This document shows, piece by piece, positions 29,069-38,751 of a stretch of 64,000 nt of DNA (position 1 is its first letter; each line of letters begins with the position of its first letter). Origin of the DNA: Candidatus Obscuribacteraceae bacterium (GTDB taxonomy: Bacteria > Cyanobacteriota > Vampirovibrionia > Obscuribacterales > Obscuribacteraceae); the NCBI GenBank assembly GCA_044226015.1, contig JBGAHS010000012.1:32001-96000 (forward strand), read 5' to 3'. The notes under the pieces are model-generated. The model saw only the letters and a list, made by a program, of their open reading frames with translations. It searched no databases and was not told the DNA's origin. A program made the translations under genes and the position numbers.

Positions 29069-29790
29069 TGTGACTTTTCGCCTCCCACTTTTCCGTCGAA
29101 TAACTTCTGTTCCCAATCATCAAGCTCTGACTGATTTATCAGCCCTCGCTTGTTTGCCAGATAGACTGCTCGGCAGCGCTGGTTGTATTCAGTGTCCTGT
29201 TGTTCGCCTCTTCCAGGAATTGCTAGTTTTGAATAAAGCGATTTCAGGCGAGACTGAACTGCCTTTTCTGTGAGGTAAAGGCGCCTTGCAATTGATGAAT
29301 CTGTCAAACCGAGTGCAATGCAGACCAGCGCCTCAAATTCTGCTGCCGTCAAGCTGGTCGCCCGGTTTTGTGTACGTTGAATTACTCGGGAAATACCAGG
29401 GTGAATCCAGCAATCGCCCGACAATATTGCGCGCACCGCCTCAACTACCTGATCATTAGATGCGCTCTTCAGTACATAACCGAATACGCTGTCTCCCGGA
29501 ACTACCTTCCAGAGCTGTCTGACATAAACCTCGTCTGAGAAGTTCGACAGTATGATTACGCCAGTTTTGGGCAATTCTGCCAGAATTTGTTCCGCAGCCT
29601 TAATACCAGAAAGATGAGGCATTTTAATATCAAGGCAAACCAGCTTTGGACGCAGCTTTTGTGCCATATCTACTGCGGCTTGTCCGTCAGATGCTTCGTG
29701 TATTGGTCCCTCATCGGGAATGTACTTCACGAGCAAATCTTTCAGCCAGCTGCGGTCGCGCTCTTCATCATCAGCGATCAAAATGGTCAT
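29065..29790 (-). CDS. NarL/LuxR-family response regulator
   Basis: IADD, LDIKMP receiver; LTAAEFEAL...IARRLYLTEKAV helix-turn-helix. Confidence 0.92.
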   Translation of the reverse strand: MTILIADDEERDRSWLKDLLVKYIPDEGPIHEASDGQAAVDMAQKLRPKLVCLDIKMPHLSGIKAAEQILAELPKTGVIILSNFSDEVYVRQLWKVVPGDSVFGYVLKSASNDQVVEAVRAILSGDCWIHPGISRVIQRTQNRATSLTAAEFEALVCIALGLTDSSIARRLYLTEKAVQSRLKSLYSKLAIPGRGEQQDTEYNQRCRAVYLANKRGLINQSELDDWEQKLFDGKVGGEKSQ

Positions 29791-31655
29791 ATCTTTCCTT
29801 CCATTCCTTTCAGTAGTTCACCGGCGCGGGCGCCGGTATGCATGATTAACACAAATTCGGTCCCTTTTCTATAATTTCTGGGTTTAATCCATTCTACTGA
29901 AGCGCCGATTAGGGCGGCACGGTGCCTTATATTGAGCAAGCCGTGCGAGTCTGGCCGGATAGCCGCTGGGTCTATTCCCTTGCCATTGTCAACCACTATG
30001 ATTTTGAGGAACTCGCCTTCCTTATTAACTGATACTTCAGTCGTGTCTGCTTCAGAGTGCTTTCGGATGTTGTTCAGGGCTTCCTGAACAATTCGATAGA
30101 CCTGTAATTTAGCAAAATCGGGCACGTCGTTCTCTTTTATAGAGGTATCTGAACTGAACTTACACGAAATTCTGAAGTCTCGCTCTAGGATATGCACTAG
30201 ATTTTCCAACGCTGGAACAAAACCCATGGTTTCCAAAACGGAGGGATGAAGATCATTAATGACGCGACGCATTTCCTGAATAGTGCTGTCCAGCCTGTCT
30301 CTCATCTTTCGGGGCGACTCGCTTGCACCGTATTCCGAGGTCATGTCATCGACCATTCGGGCAATTGAGGAAAGCGCCGGTAATGTTTCGTCATGAAGGT
30401 CTTCGGCGATACGTTTGCGCTCTTCCTCTGCTCGAACTTGCATCATCTGGCGTGCGGCGGCTAGTTCTTTATTGCGTTGTCTCAGACCCGTATCAAGGAA
30501 AATTACTGTACCAAGCAGAAAGCCTGTAACGATGATAACCATAGGAGCCACCACGGGCAGTAGCACATGCCAGTATTGGAATGAAAACTGGGCCAAAAGC
30601 AAGAGTACAACGCCCGATAGCAACGTCGCCGTTGCTCTTTTTCCCATAGGCAGAACTGAAGCTAAGCCACCAATGAGAGAACCAACGATTAGCAGAAATT
30701 GCTTTGCGTAGTTGTGGGGGAAACTCCAGATCACATCATTATTAATGACAGTCGCCAGGGCGTCTGCTTCAATTTGTATTTCGGAACTCTTTTCGCGGAA
30801 CGGGGATTTGGCAGCCATTGGGTCCTTTGTCCGTGTGGTCAGCGTCGACCCCAGCAGAACAATTTTGTCTTTGAAGCTACTTGGGTCAAAGTCTGGCTCT
30901 AGAACTCGCCACATTGGGTAGGTCGTATATCTGGTGCGGTGGTAATTGATATAGCAATATTGGTCGGGATAGGATGGCTTGAGGCGGCTGTTGTAGTCCA
31001 CGCCTGTGCTTCCCGAGAGTACTAGCAAAATAGCTTTTGTAAGTGACGGAACCTGTTCGGTGCTGCTCTCGCTGCTGTGTGAATCTACAAGGTCTGGCAA
31101 TCTAACAACCAGCCCGTTTGTCTCCTTAATAAGCTCTCTGTATCCGGTGGCAGCATGCTGAATGAACTCTGCCGAAGGAAGCTCAGTGCTGCCTTCCAGG
31201 CTACCAAACAAGGACAAGACCACATTTCGATTGCGGCTCATCTCATCTGCCAGAGCGTGGTTTGCGGCTCCCCTTAAGTCAAGGTCTATTGTGACAATGC
31301 TCGGTTTAGATTCCTCAATTTTTGATATCACTTCGAAGAGACGGGCTTGCGCCAGTGTGTCATTGAATCGTGCACAACCCAATTCAAACTGAGAATCATT
31401 ATCGAATGCCACAATCACGATTTTTGATGCAGCTTCATTGATTGACTTTGGCCACCAGAATTCCTGAGATAGCGCGTCGGCGATTTTATATCGCCAGTTC
31501 AGCATCTGCAATTCCATAGAATCCAAAATGGGCGAGTCGCTGAAAAGAGGTGCAAGAAAAGCTCCGACAAGTACGCCAAAAAACAGCCGTTGAAAGAGGA
31601 CGTTATGCACTCCCTCTGCCCAGGCTGCCTCGAAAATCTCATTCAGGCGCTTCAA
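29787..31655 (-). CDS. CHASE2-domain sensor histidine kinase (HisKA_3)
   Basis: IVIVAFD, FKDKIVLLG, three TM helices, ERKRIAEDLHDE, QEALNNIRKHS, DNGKG. Confidence 0.9.
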   Translation of the reverse strand: MKRLNEIFEAAWAEGVHNVLFQRLFFGVLVGAFLAPLFSDSPILDSMELQMLNWRYKIADALSQEFWWPKSINEAASKIVIVAFDNDSQFELGCARFNDTLAQARLFEVISKIEESKPSIVTIDLDLRGAANHALADEMSRNRNVVLSLFGSLEGSTELPSAEFIQHAATGYRELIKETNGLVVRLPDLVDSHSSESSTEQVPSLTKAILLVLSGSTGVDYNSRLKPSYPDQYCYINYHRTRYTTYPMWRVLEPDFDPSSFKDKIVLLGSTLTTRTKDPMAAKSPFREKSSEIQIEADALATVINNDVIWSFPHNYAKQFLLIVGSLIGGLASVLPMGKRATATLLSGVVLLLLAQFSFQYWHVLLPVVAPMVIIVTGFLLGTVIFLDTGLRQRNKELAAARQMMQVRAEEERKRIAEDLHDETLPALSSIARMVDDMTSEYGASESPRKMRDRLDSTIQEMRRVINDLHPSVLETMGFVPALENLVHILERDFRISCKFSSDTSIKENDVPDFAKLQVYRIVQEALNNIRKHSEADTTEVSVNKEGEFLKIIVVDNGKGIDPAAIRPDSHGLLNIRHRAALIGASVEWIKPRNYRKGTEFVLIMHTGARAGELLKGMEGKI

Positions 31656-31732
31656 GCTATCGAATCCGTTTACTAAGACGGTTTAAGTTTAACAGATTCG
31701 CGCCTTTCTATTGAGCTCCTGAAAAGTGCTGT

Positions 31733-32371
31733 TTAGCGTCCAATTTGTTCGAAGTCGTTTCTCTTCCAATCGAAACCGTCAGGCGCATATTCCTGGTCGG
31801 AGTGCGCGAAGGTTGCCGTTAGCACAACCTCATTGCGCTGCGAACCAGCCGGAAATCGAAGTAGCCTGCGATCAATTCTATCGACAGAGCGGTTTACCGC
31901 TTCCATGAAGGCTTGCCGATTCAATTCACCTTGCTGACCATAACCATTAACAAACAAATTCTGTACTGAAAAACTCACGTTTCCAAATCTGCTGACTTTG
32001 ATGAGGACTGCGGCTGAGCCCGGAACAGGGTTTTCGTTTTTCCATTGCTGATAAATATTTTGGCATATAGCTTTGTGCCATTGTTCCCAGGCTATGACCA
32101 GTCCTTTGTTTGCACCGTCTGTGGTGCCCTGAATTGCTCTGGTGAAGGCGCTGAAGTTTCTTGTGTCTAGAACATCTCCGACACTTGGTGCCTTCCGGGG
32201 TATTTCTTGTTTGAGGCTAAAGTCGTTAGTGATTTGTCTCACCGGATTTGGCCTGGCTAAGCGCACATTGGCGTTATTCTGTTGAATAGTGCCTTTCAAA
32301 ACATCAGCCCGTACTTCAGCTTGGGTTGACGCAATAAATAGCAGAGCCAAAATGGCAAAGAAACGAATCAT
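31733..32371 (-). CDS. Secreted hypothetical protein, C-terminus loosely TonB_C/TolA-like
   Basis: Signal peptide MIRFFAILALLFIASTQAEVRA after a GAGG RBS. Confidence 0.6.
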   Translation of the reverse strand: MIRFFAILALLFIASTQAEVRADVLKGTIQQNNANVRLARPNPVRQITNDFSLKQEIPRKAPSVGDVLDTRNFSAFTRAIQGTTDGANKGLVIAWEQWHKAICQNIYQQWKNENPVPGSAAVLIKVSRFGNVSFSVQNLFVNGYGQQGELNRQAFMEAVNRSVDRIDRRLLRFPAGSQRNEVVLTATFAHSDQEYAPDGFDWKRNDFEQIGR

Positions 32372-32381
32372 GGTGATGACC

Positions 32382-33149
32382 TCATTCAATTTTCTGAACA
32401 ATAGCTCGATAGTTAAGCCTTTCTTTCTGATAGCTGGCTATCTCTGCCTGTCTCTTTAGTCGCTTAAACTGCTGATATGTTTCTGCAACCTTGTTGTCAC
32501 CCTGGGAAAGAGCGTTGGCAGTTTTTAGATGCTGCTCAGCGCGCTTCAAGTCGCCTTGCCCTGTGTACGATTGTCCAAGGGCGAAGTGGATTCTTTCGTC
32601 CTGCGGATACATCTTCGACAATTTCTCCAGGCAGTTAATTGCCAGGGGAAAATTGCTTTTTGCAAATGCAGAACGCGCAGTTTGGCTTAAGCGTCGAACA
32701 TAGGCTTCTTGGGTCGCAGCGTTGCTTCTCTCTACTTCCCTGGACAATTCAGCTACTGCTGCCTTCAGGCTGCTGTCGGGCTTTTGAGCAAGTGCCTTCT
32801 TATACCAATTGAGTGCCTGAACTTTCTGTCCGCGCTTCTCTGCTAGTACGCCCAGGTTGTACATCGCTGATGACGAGGAAGGCTTTATATCCAACATCTT
32901 GTGGAATAAGCTCTCAGCGAGGTCTCTTTGACCTGCTGCAGAAGCATTGAGGGCATCAGTTGCCAGCTGCTCAAGTTTGTTTTCTGCGACAAATTCATCG
33001 CGCATCGGAACCAGGTGCTTGTATGCCACCGCTGCTGGTGCAGCGGCTTTTTTCGCAGAGACTGTGCCTTTTGCCAGGACAATCTTGGGCAAGAAAATGC
33101 TTCCCATTGTCAAAGCGATGCCTATGAAAACTGCCTTTCGTGACGACAT
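32382..33149 (-). CDS. Secreted TPR protein
   Basis: Signal peptide; AMYNLGVLAE and IHFALGQSY TPR motifs; AAGGAG RBS. Confidence 0.85.
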   Translation of the reverse strand: MSSRKAVFIGIALTMGSIFLPKIVLAKGTVSAKKAAAPAAVAYKHLVPMRDEFVAENKLEQLATDALNASAAGQRDLAESLFHKMLDIKPSSSSAMYNLGVLAEKRGQKVQALNWYKKALAQKPDSSLKAAVAELSREVERSNAATQEAYVRRLSQTARSAFAKSNFPLAINCLEKLSKMYPQDERIHFALGQSYTGQGDLKRAEQHLKTANALSQGDNKVAETYQQFKRLKRQAEIASYQKERLNYRAIVQKIE

Positions 33150-33179
33150 GGTTTATGCTCCTTTTCAGGATTTAGCGCG

Positions 33180-33560
33180 CTAGAACTGTTCCAAAACTAG
33201 CGAATTGTTCGTTCTGACTGGAGTGTTGTAAGTTCCACCAGAATTGGAAGCATGAATTTCACTGTTCATGAAAGACCTCTGAACTTGTTCAGCTGTATCC
33301 ACGCGATTTGTCATTGCGTGAGTGAAAAACCGATTGGCAGCGCTGTTTTCTGAAAGCGTCCTTAACAGATTCATTCTGTCCGATGTTTCGGACAGGTCCT
33401 GGTAGAACATCTGGAAGTTCTGATCGAAAGCTGTTTTGCCTCTGGTCACTTCAGTTGTAGTAGTCCTTCCGTTGGTTACAAAAGTTTGTGCCTCGGCAGA
33501 CTGCGTATTCGACAAGACGCACCCCAGTACGAAAACAAACGTAGCAAGCAATCTATACAT
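33180..33560 (-). CDS. Small secreted hypothetical protein (T/N/S-rich)
   Basis: MYRLLATFVFVLGCVLSNTQSAEA signal peptide after a GAGG RBS. Confidence 0.65.
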   Translation of the reverse strand: MYRLLATFVFVLGCVLSNTQSAEAQTFVTNGRTTTTEVTRGKTAFDQNFQMFYQDLSETSDRMNLLRTLSENSAANRFFTHAMTNRVDTAEQVQRSFMNSEIHASNSGGTYNTPVRTNNSLVLEQF

Positions 33561-33631
33561 GATAAACCTCAAAGATTTTGTTGCATGTTTTGCTCCAGAC
33601 CAACGTCGCTTGGTCTGGAGCAAAAGGCGCA

Positions 33632-34249
33632 TTAATAGTAGTTCTGCGTACCGGTAGACAGAGCGGACGATTGAAATGACCCTTGTGCGGCGCCAGATGA
33701 TGCCTGGTTGTTATATCGGTTTGTGAAAGCTCTTGAAGTCAAACGACCCGCTGAGTTTCTGGCGGCATAGGCATTGGTATAGCCGTTGTTAAATCTGCCG
33801 CCGAAATTTGGGTTGTTGAAAAGGCTCGATGCGGTGAAGCCGTCTCCAAATCCATTACCAAAACCATATAGAGGCAAGCCTACGCCACCTGGGAAACCGC
33901 CACCGTAGAAGCCGTTATTACCCTGGTTGTTGCCCTGGTTGATTGAACCCTGATTGTTTGGGTTTTGCGAGAGCAATTGTTGGCTTGCAGCTGAGTTCAT
34001 TTGTTGATCGAGTGGTGCCAGATTATTGAGGTTGTTTGAAATTGCATCCATGTAGTTATTTCTGGAATGTGTTGCAGTACGTTCATCATATAGGCGGGAC
34101 AAAACAGGACCGACATTATCCAGTGATTGTGAGAAATTATCGAATGATGGATTGCGTGAGCTGCTTACAAACTCTTGTGCGCCTGCTGTTGGCTGGAAAA
34201 TTACCAGTGACAAAAGTGCAAGGGAAATATTCTTGATAGCGGTGTTCAT
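33632..34249 (-). CDS. Secreted N/G/Q/F-rich low-complexity protein
   Basis: Signal peptide ending AGA; NQGNNQGNNGFYGGGFPGG; GAGGA RBS. Confidence 0.7.
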   Translation of the reverse strand: MNTAIKNISLALLSLVIFQPTAGAQEFVSSSRNPSFDNFSQSLDNVGPVLSRLYDERTATHSRNNYMDAISNNLNNLAPLDQQMNSAASQQLLSQNPNNQGSINQGNNQGNNGFYGGGFPGGVGLPLYGFGNGFGDGFTASSLFNNPNFGGRFNNGYTNAYAARNSAGRLTSRAFTNRYNNQASSGAAQGSFQSSALSTGTQNYY

Positions 34250-34659
34250 GATGGTTCCTCTAAATTACAAAGTGGGGATGCCGCAGACAGCGCGCAGAGA
34301 CGCAAGGCTGCAAGTGCTGTTCCCGAAAATCTGCAGATGATGATTTGCAAAAAATGTGCAAAGATGCTTGAGACAAGCTTTTGCGATTTTGTGCCTTATG
34401 CAAAAGTTATTTTGAATTGCTGGAAATCGTCTGTAGATGCCGTGTGCGGCGCTTTCTATGAACTGCAACTTGCATAATTAACTCTGCTAGCAATTTGAGT
34501 CTGATTTGCAAGATTTGGTAGTACAGGGGGAACTACTTTAGTATGGGCAAATCAACTGGGAAAAACCCCAGATAAATGAAATCGCTTTTCCGGGCGATCA
34601 GACGAGGAATTCTTAGTAATCTGACAGTATCAATTGTTTCGCCGAGAACGAGGTCTAGT

Positions 34660-37101
34660 ATGAAAAGCAAAGCGCTTCCCGTTTTAATGAGCCTTGCAGC
34701 AAGTATTTTTCTCACACCTGTCTGCGATGCAGCCGGCATGATTGTGATTGACCCCATCCAGGGCGGAGCTGCAGCTATTCGCCTTCCTGTCGTGCGTCCT
34801 GGGACACGACCTGGACATGTCACCACCGCTCCGTTACTTAAGGGACAGGTAAGTTTTGGACTTCGCCTTGAAGCCGCTGATGTCCGGGTGGAAATTAACG
34901 ATCAGGTTGCTAAAACATATATCACGCAGACTTTCGCTAACGATACCGATCGCAATCTCGCCGGTACTTATCTGTTTCCATTGCCAGAGGATTGCACATT
35001 TAGTTCATTCTCATTGCACATAGATGGAAAACCAGTCGAAGGAAAAATTCTCGAAGCAAACGAAGCTCGGCAGACATACGAGACCATTGTGCGTCAAATG
35101 ATTGACCCTGGCTTGCTTGAGTACGCTGATTACAAGACTGTTCGGGCAAGAATATTTCCAATTCCTGCTCACGGTACCAAGAAGGTTGAGCTTGAGTATA
35201 CACAGGTTTTGAAAGCCGAAAACGGCATGATCAAATACTCTTTTCCGCTAAAAACAGAGCAAGAAACAGCTGCGGCGGAAGAAGTAAAAATCAACGTCAA
35301 GCTTGGCAGTAAGCAGGGGTTGCGCACAATATGGTCGCCCAGTCACGTTATAAGTTCCACAAGGGATGGTGACCACAAAGCACTCGCGAGCTTCCATGGC
35401 AAAGAGGTGGTACCTGATAAAGACTTCTTGCTCTATTACAGCGTTTCAGATAAAGACATGAGTGCCAATTTGCTCACCAACAAAAGTAGTGGCGAAGATG
35501 GGTATTTCATGTTCACTTTGACGCCTCCAGTGCAAGCCAAGGAAGTTATTAGCAAAGACATTGTCTTTGTCGCAGACATTTCTGGCTCGATGAAAGGTCA
35601 ACGCATGGAAGAAAACAAGCGTGCCTTGAAATATCTGGTCAATGCCCTCGGAGCCAGTGACCGTTTTTCCATCGTACAGTTCAACACCGATGTTGATGTA
35701 TTCAAGCCTCGCTTGGTACAGGCCACGCCCGAGAACAAGAAGGCTGCTTTAGCTTTTGTAGAAGATATGGAAGCTGCCGGCGGCACCAATATCGGTGACG
35801 CACTGAAGAATGCCGGCAACATGCTTGGCGCTGACAAAGCCAGACCATCCTACCTTGTGCTGATGACAGATGGTGAGCCCACTGTCGGTGAGACATCGGT
35901 GGCAGGTCTGCTAAAAACAGTTGACCCGAAGAAGGACATTCGCGTATTTGACTTCGGCGTTGGTTACGATGTGAACACTAAGTTATTGAACAAACTTGCT
36001 GACGATAATCACGGAACCTCACAATACGTCGAACCTGACGAAAGTCTCGAAGTGGCACTCTCTAGTTTCTACGACAAGATTAAGAGTCCAGTTCTCTCGA
36101 ACGTCAAAATTACCTTTGATGGCGTTCAAGTGAAAGACATGTATCCCCGCAATGTGAAGGACATTTTTGCTGGCTGCCAGGTATTGCTTTTGGGTAAATA
36201 TAAGGGATCTGGTGCTGGTACCTGCCACATGACTGGTACTGTAAATGGTGTCGCAAAACAATACAATTTTCCGGTTAAGTTCGAAGAGCAGTCCCTTGGT
36301 CATGGCTATTTGCCACGGCTCTGGGCCATGCGCCGCATAGCTCATTTGACAGAGGTGGCTCAGTCGAACAACGAAAATCGTGAAGTCATAGATGAGATTG
36401 TCGCTCTATCGAAGAAATACGGCATCATTTCTAATTACACATCATATCTGGTTACAGATCCAAGCGAAGGGCGCCCCATGCCTATGAGCAGAGCCATGCC
36501 ACTGCCAATGCAATCGTTCAATGGTCCCGTTCCGCCATCTGGAGTCCGCCGAAGAGTTCCGATGAATCTATTAGGAAGTACGAATGGTGCTGCTGGTGCT
36601 GGCACATTCCATAGTAGTGGAAGCAACCATCTGGTCGCTGGTCGCATGAAAGCCCACTCTACGGATGCTTACATGGGCGACGGTGGCTCAAGCAGAAGTT
36701 TTGCTGCTGAAGGAATTGCAGATTCAGCACCTGTGGTCACTGACTATCGTGCCCTTGCACCTAGCCCCGCACCGCATCCGGTGTCTGGCAAGGAAGCAGT
36801 TCGTTCATCTAAAAAACTTGAAGCCATGAAAGATGCTGTATCTTACGGTGCTGCAAATGAATCTTCTGCAAGTATCAAAACTGCTGGAGACAAGACTTTC
36901 TATCTTCAAAATGGTTTCTGGACCGACTCCACTTATGAAAGCGGAAAATCTCCAAAAATCGAAGAAATCACTTTTGGCAGCAAAGAATATTTTGAACTCA
37001 CTAAGGTTCCGGGCATCAGCAAATACCTTGCTGTGGGCAAGCAATTGATTCTGACCTATCGTGGGCATTCTTACAAGATTAGCTTCAGTCAGAACTCCTG
37101 A
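34660..37101 (+). CDS. Exported VIT + vWA domain protein
   Basis: YLFPLPE VIT motif, DPGLLEY, MIDAS DISGSM, GGTNI, TDGEPTVG; signal peptide from ATG 34660. Confidence 0.9.
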   Translation: MKSKALPVLMSLAASIFLTPVCDAAGMIVIDPIQGGAAAIRLPVVRPGTRPGHVTTAPLLKGQVSFGLRLEAADVRVEINDQVAKTYITQTFANDTDRNLAGTYLFPLPEDCTFSSFSLHIDGKPVEGKILEANEARQTYETIVRQMIDPGLLEYADYKTVRARIFPIPAHGTKKVELEYTQVLKAENGMIKYSFPLKTEQETAAAEEVKINVKLGSKQGLRTIWSPSHVISSTRDGDHKALASFHGKEVVPDKDFLLYYSVSDKDMSANLLTNKSSGEDGYFMFTLTPPVQAKEVISKDIVFVADISGSMKGQRMEENKRALKYLVNALGASDRFSIVQFNTDVDVFKPRLVQATPENKKAALAFVEDMEAAGGTNIGDALKNAGNMLGADKARPSYLVLMTDGEPTVGETSVAGLLKTVDPKKDIRVFDFGVGYDVNTKLLNKLADDNHGTSQYVEPDESLEVALSSFYDKIKSPVLSNVKITFDGVQVKDMYPRNVKDIFAGCQVLLLGKYKGSGAGTCHMTGTVNGVAKQYNFPVKFEEQSLGHGYLPRLWAMRRIAHLTEVAQSNNENREVIDEIVALSKKYGIISNYTSYLVTDPSEGRPMPMSRAMPLPMQSFNGPVPPSGVRRRVPMNLLGSTNGAAGAGTFHSSGSNHLVAGRMKAHSTDAYMGDGGSSRSFAAEGIADSAPVVTDYRALAPSPAPHPVSGKEAVRSSKKLEAMKDAVSYGAANESSASIKTAGDKTFYLQNGFWTDSTYESGKSPKIEEITFGSKEYFELTKVPGISKYLAVGKQLILTYRGHSYKISFSQNS

Positions 37102-37126
37102 TCAGGTTTTGTTCGAGTGGTAAGTG

Positions 37127-37161
37127 AAAGCCAGGAAGGAAACTTCCTGGCTTTTTATTTT
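37127..37161 (+). terminator. Rho-independent terminator
   Basis: AAAGCCAGGAAG-GAAA-CTTCCTGGCTTT followed by TTATTTT, between convergent genes. Confidence 0.9.
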
Positions 37162-37257
37162 CAGAAAACTTTCAAACAATGTAGATATATTTGATTGGGC
37201 ATGAGATGAGGGAGGTCTAGCGATGTCGAACAACGAGCAGTCAAAGCCAAAACGCGC

Positions 37258-38520
37258 TTAGATTTTTTTCTGACCTGCTGCCGGAAGTGCGTCCATTGTT
37301 TTATCGACGACCCGGTAAGAGTGATATCCGAGAACCCTCATGTATGCACGAAGGTCTATGAGATCCACGCGTGACGCGTCGATATAGACAATTCCATCTG
37401 CGTAGCTGCTGCCGTCTGGAGAATAAATTTGTAGAGAGGGAGTCTCCGACTTTTCGACCTTGGCACGCTCTACACCGAAGACTTGCAGTATTCTCTCTTG
37501 AAACTCGTGCAAGCAAGCAATACACATTGAACCAGTTAAACGCATTTGAACTCTGTGATATTGAGGCGCACTGGATGTTGTGGTTTCATCGACCACCTGT
37601 GCCGGTTTTCGCTCGGAAAATCCAGAAATGTTGAGGCGTTGTCCTGGTTTTAATATGACAGAGCCACTGTCTCGCGCACTTTCACGATGCTGCACCGTAG
37701 TTTCAGTAGTTTCATGTGAATCGGTTTTTGCGCTTGTAGCAGTCTCAGATGCCGAATCCGAACCTTTCTGAGGGGCTTCTTTCACGGGGGGCTCTTCAGT
37801 TTTCGTGGTAGCCTGCACTGTTGAATCTGCTTGCACTGTTGAATCTGCTTTCACCTTCGAATCTGCTTGCACCCTCGAATCTGCCGGCAGTTCCTTATTT
37901 TTCTCGTTGGAAGCACTGGGCTTGTTCAAGACCTCTTCAGACGAGCCAGCCTGGCTCTGAACTTCTGCTTTAGTCTTCTCTTCAGTATTCTTCGGTTCGC
38001 TAGACTTCGCCGCGTCCGCTTTTCCTGAACTGTCAGGAGTCTTCGTGACTTTGTCTGTCACTGAGTCGGCGGCTATTGTTGTTGCTGATTTCTCTGACCC
38101 AGCTCCCAGCTTTCCAGCTTCAGCTAGGGGGCGGGATGACGGCGATTTTGCTTTATCGGGAGCAGCAGATGCCTTCCCCTGAGCTGTTGCCTTTGCTATG
38201 TTCAGGGATGTTTTGCCCTTAGCTATTTTTGATGGAGCCGCAGCAATCTTCAATTGAGAGGTACTGATGGAGCTGGAACTGGTTTTAGGGAAACTCTGAG
38301 CTGCCTCGATTGCGTTGCGAGACATTACATTTATGCGTTTATTAGATGAAATTGAACTGAGCTCATTTACGGGCTGTGTGTAGTCGCTTGCTGGCGTTTT
38401 GGCGTGAACGGATGTCCATGCTGACGCGCTAAAACATAGTGTTGACGTTATTCCTACTGTTAATAGTAAGTAAGATATTTGACAAGACCCGGTTATTTTC
38501 ATAATCCCCAAAACTGGCAA
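37258..38520 (-). CDS. Exported protein with long disordered linker and C-terminal HMA-like domain
   Basis: Hydrophobic N-terminus; S/T/A/K/E-rich linker; LTGSMCIAC...GVERAKV; start uncertain. Confidence 0.65.
   Translation of the reverse strand: MPVLGIMKITGSCQISYLLLTVGITSTLCFSASAWTSVHAKTPASDYTQPVNELSSISSNKRINVMSRNAIEAAQSFPKTSSSSISTSQLKIAAAPSKIAKGKTSLNIAKATAQGKASAAPDKAKSPSSRPLAEAGKLGAGSEKSATTIAADSVTDKVTKTPDSSGKADAAKSSEPKNTEEKTKAEVQSQAGSSEEVLNKPSASNEKNKELPADSRVQADSKVKADSTVQADSTVQATTKTEEPPVKEAPQKGSDSASETATSAKTDSHETTETTVQHRESARDSGSVILKPGQRLNISGFSERKPAQVVDETTTSSAPQYHRVQMRLTGSMCIACLHEFQERILQVFGVERAKVEKSETPSLQIYSPDGSSYADGIVYIDASRVDLIDLRAYMRVLGYHSYRVVDKTMDALPAAGQKKI
37811..37884 (-). repeat. 4 x 18-bp coding repeat (ADSxVQ)
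   Basis: ADSRVQ ADSKVK ADSTVQ ADSTVQ. Confidence 0.85.
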
Positions 38521-38751
38521 TGACGCACTCTGATAACAGTTTAGCGAATCTTACAGACTTCTAAGTAGTCAGAAGTAAAAATTGGGCATGTCCATAGTTT
38601 TTCACGATCTGCTACAACTGCAGTTAAGTTGTAATAAGTGCGCCACTTAAGAGCCACGGCTGTATTCGGAGAGGCCAATTTCTTATAAGGAAATACACCC
38701 TGAATACCTTGCTAAGATCGGGGCTCGAGGATTCTGGAAAGCGAAGCCAAA

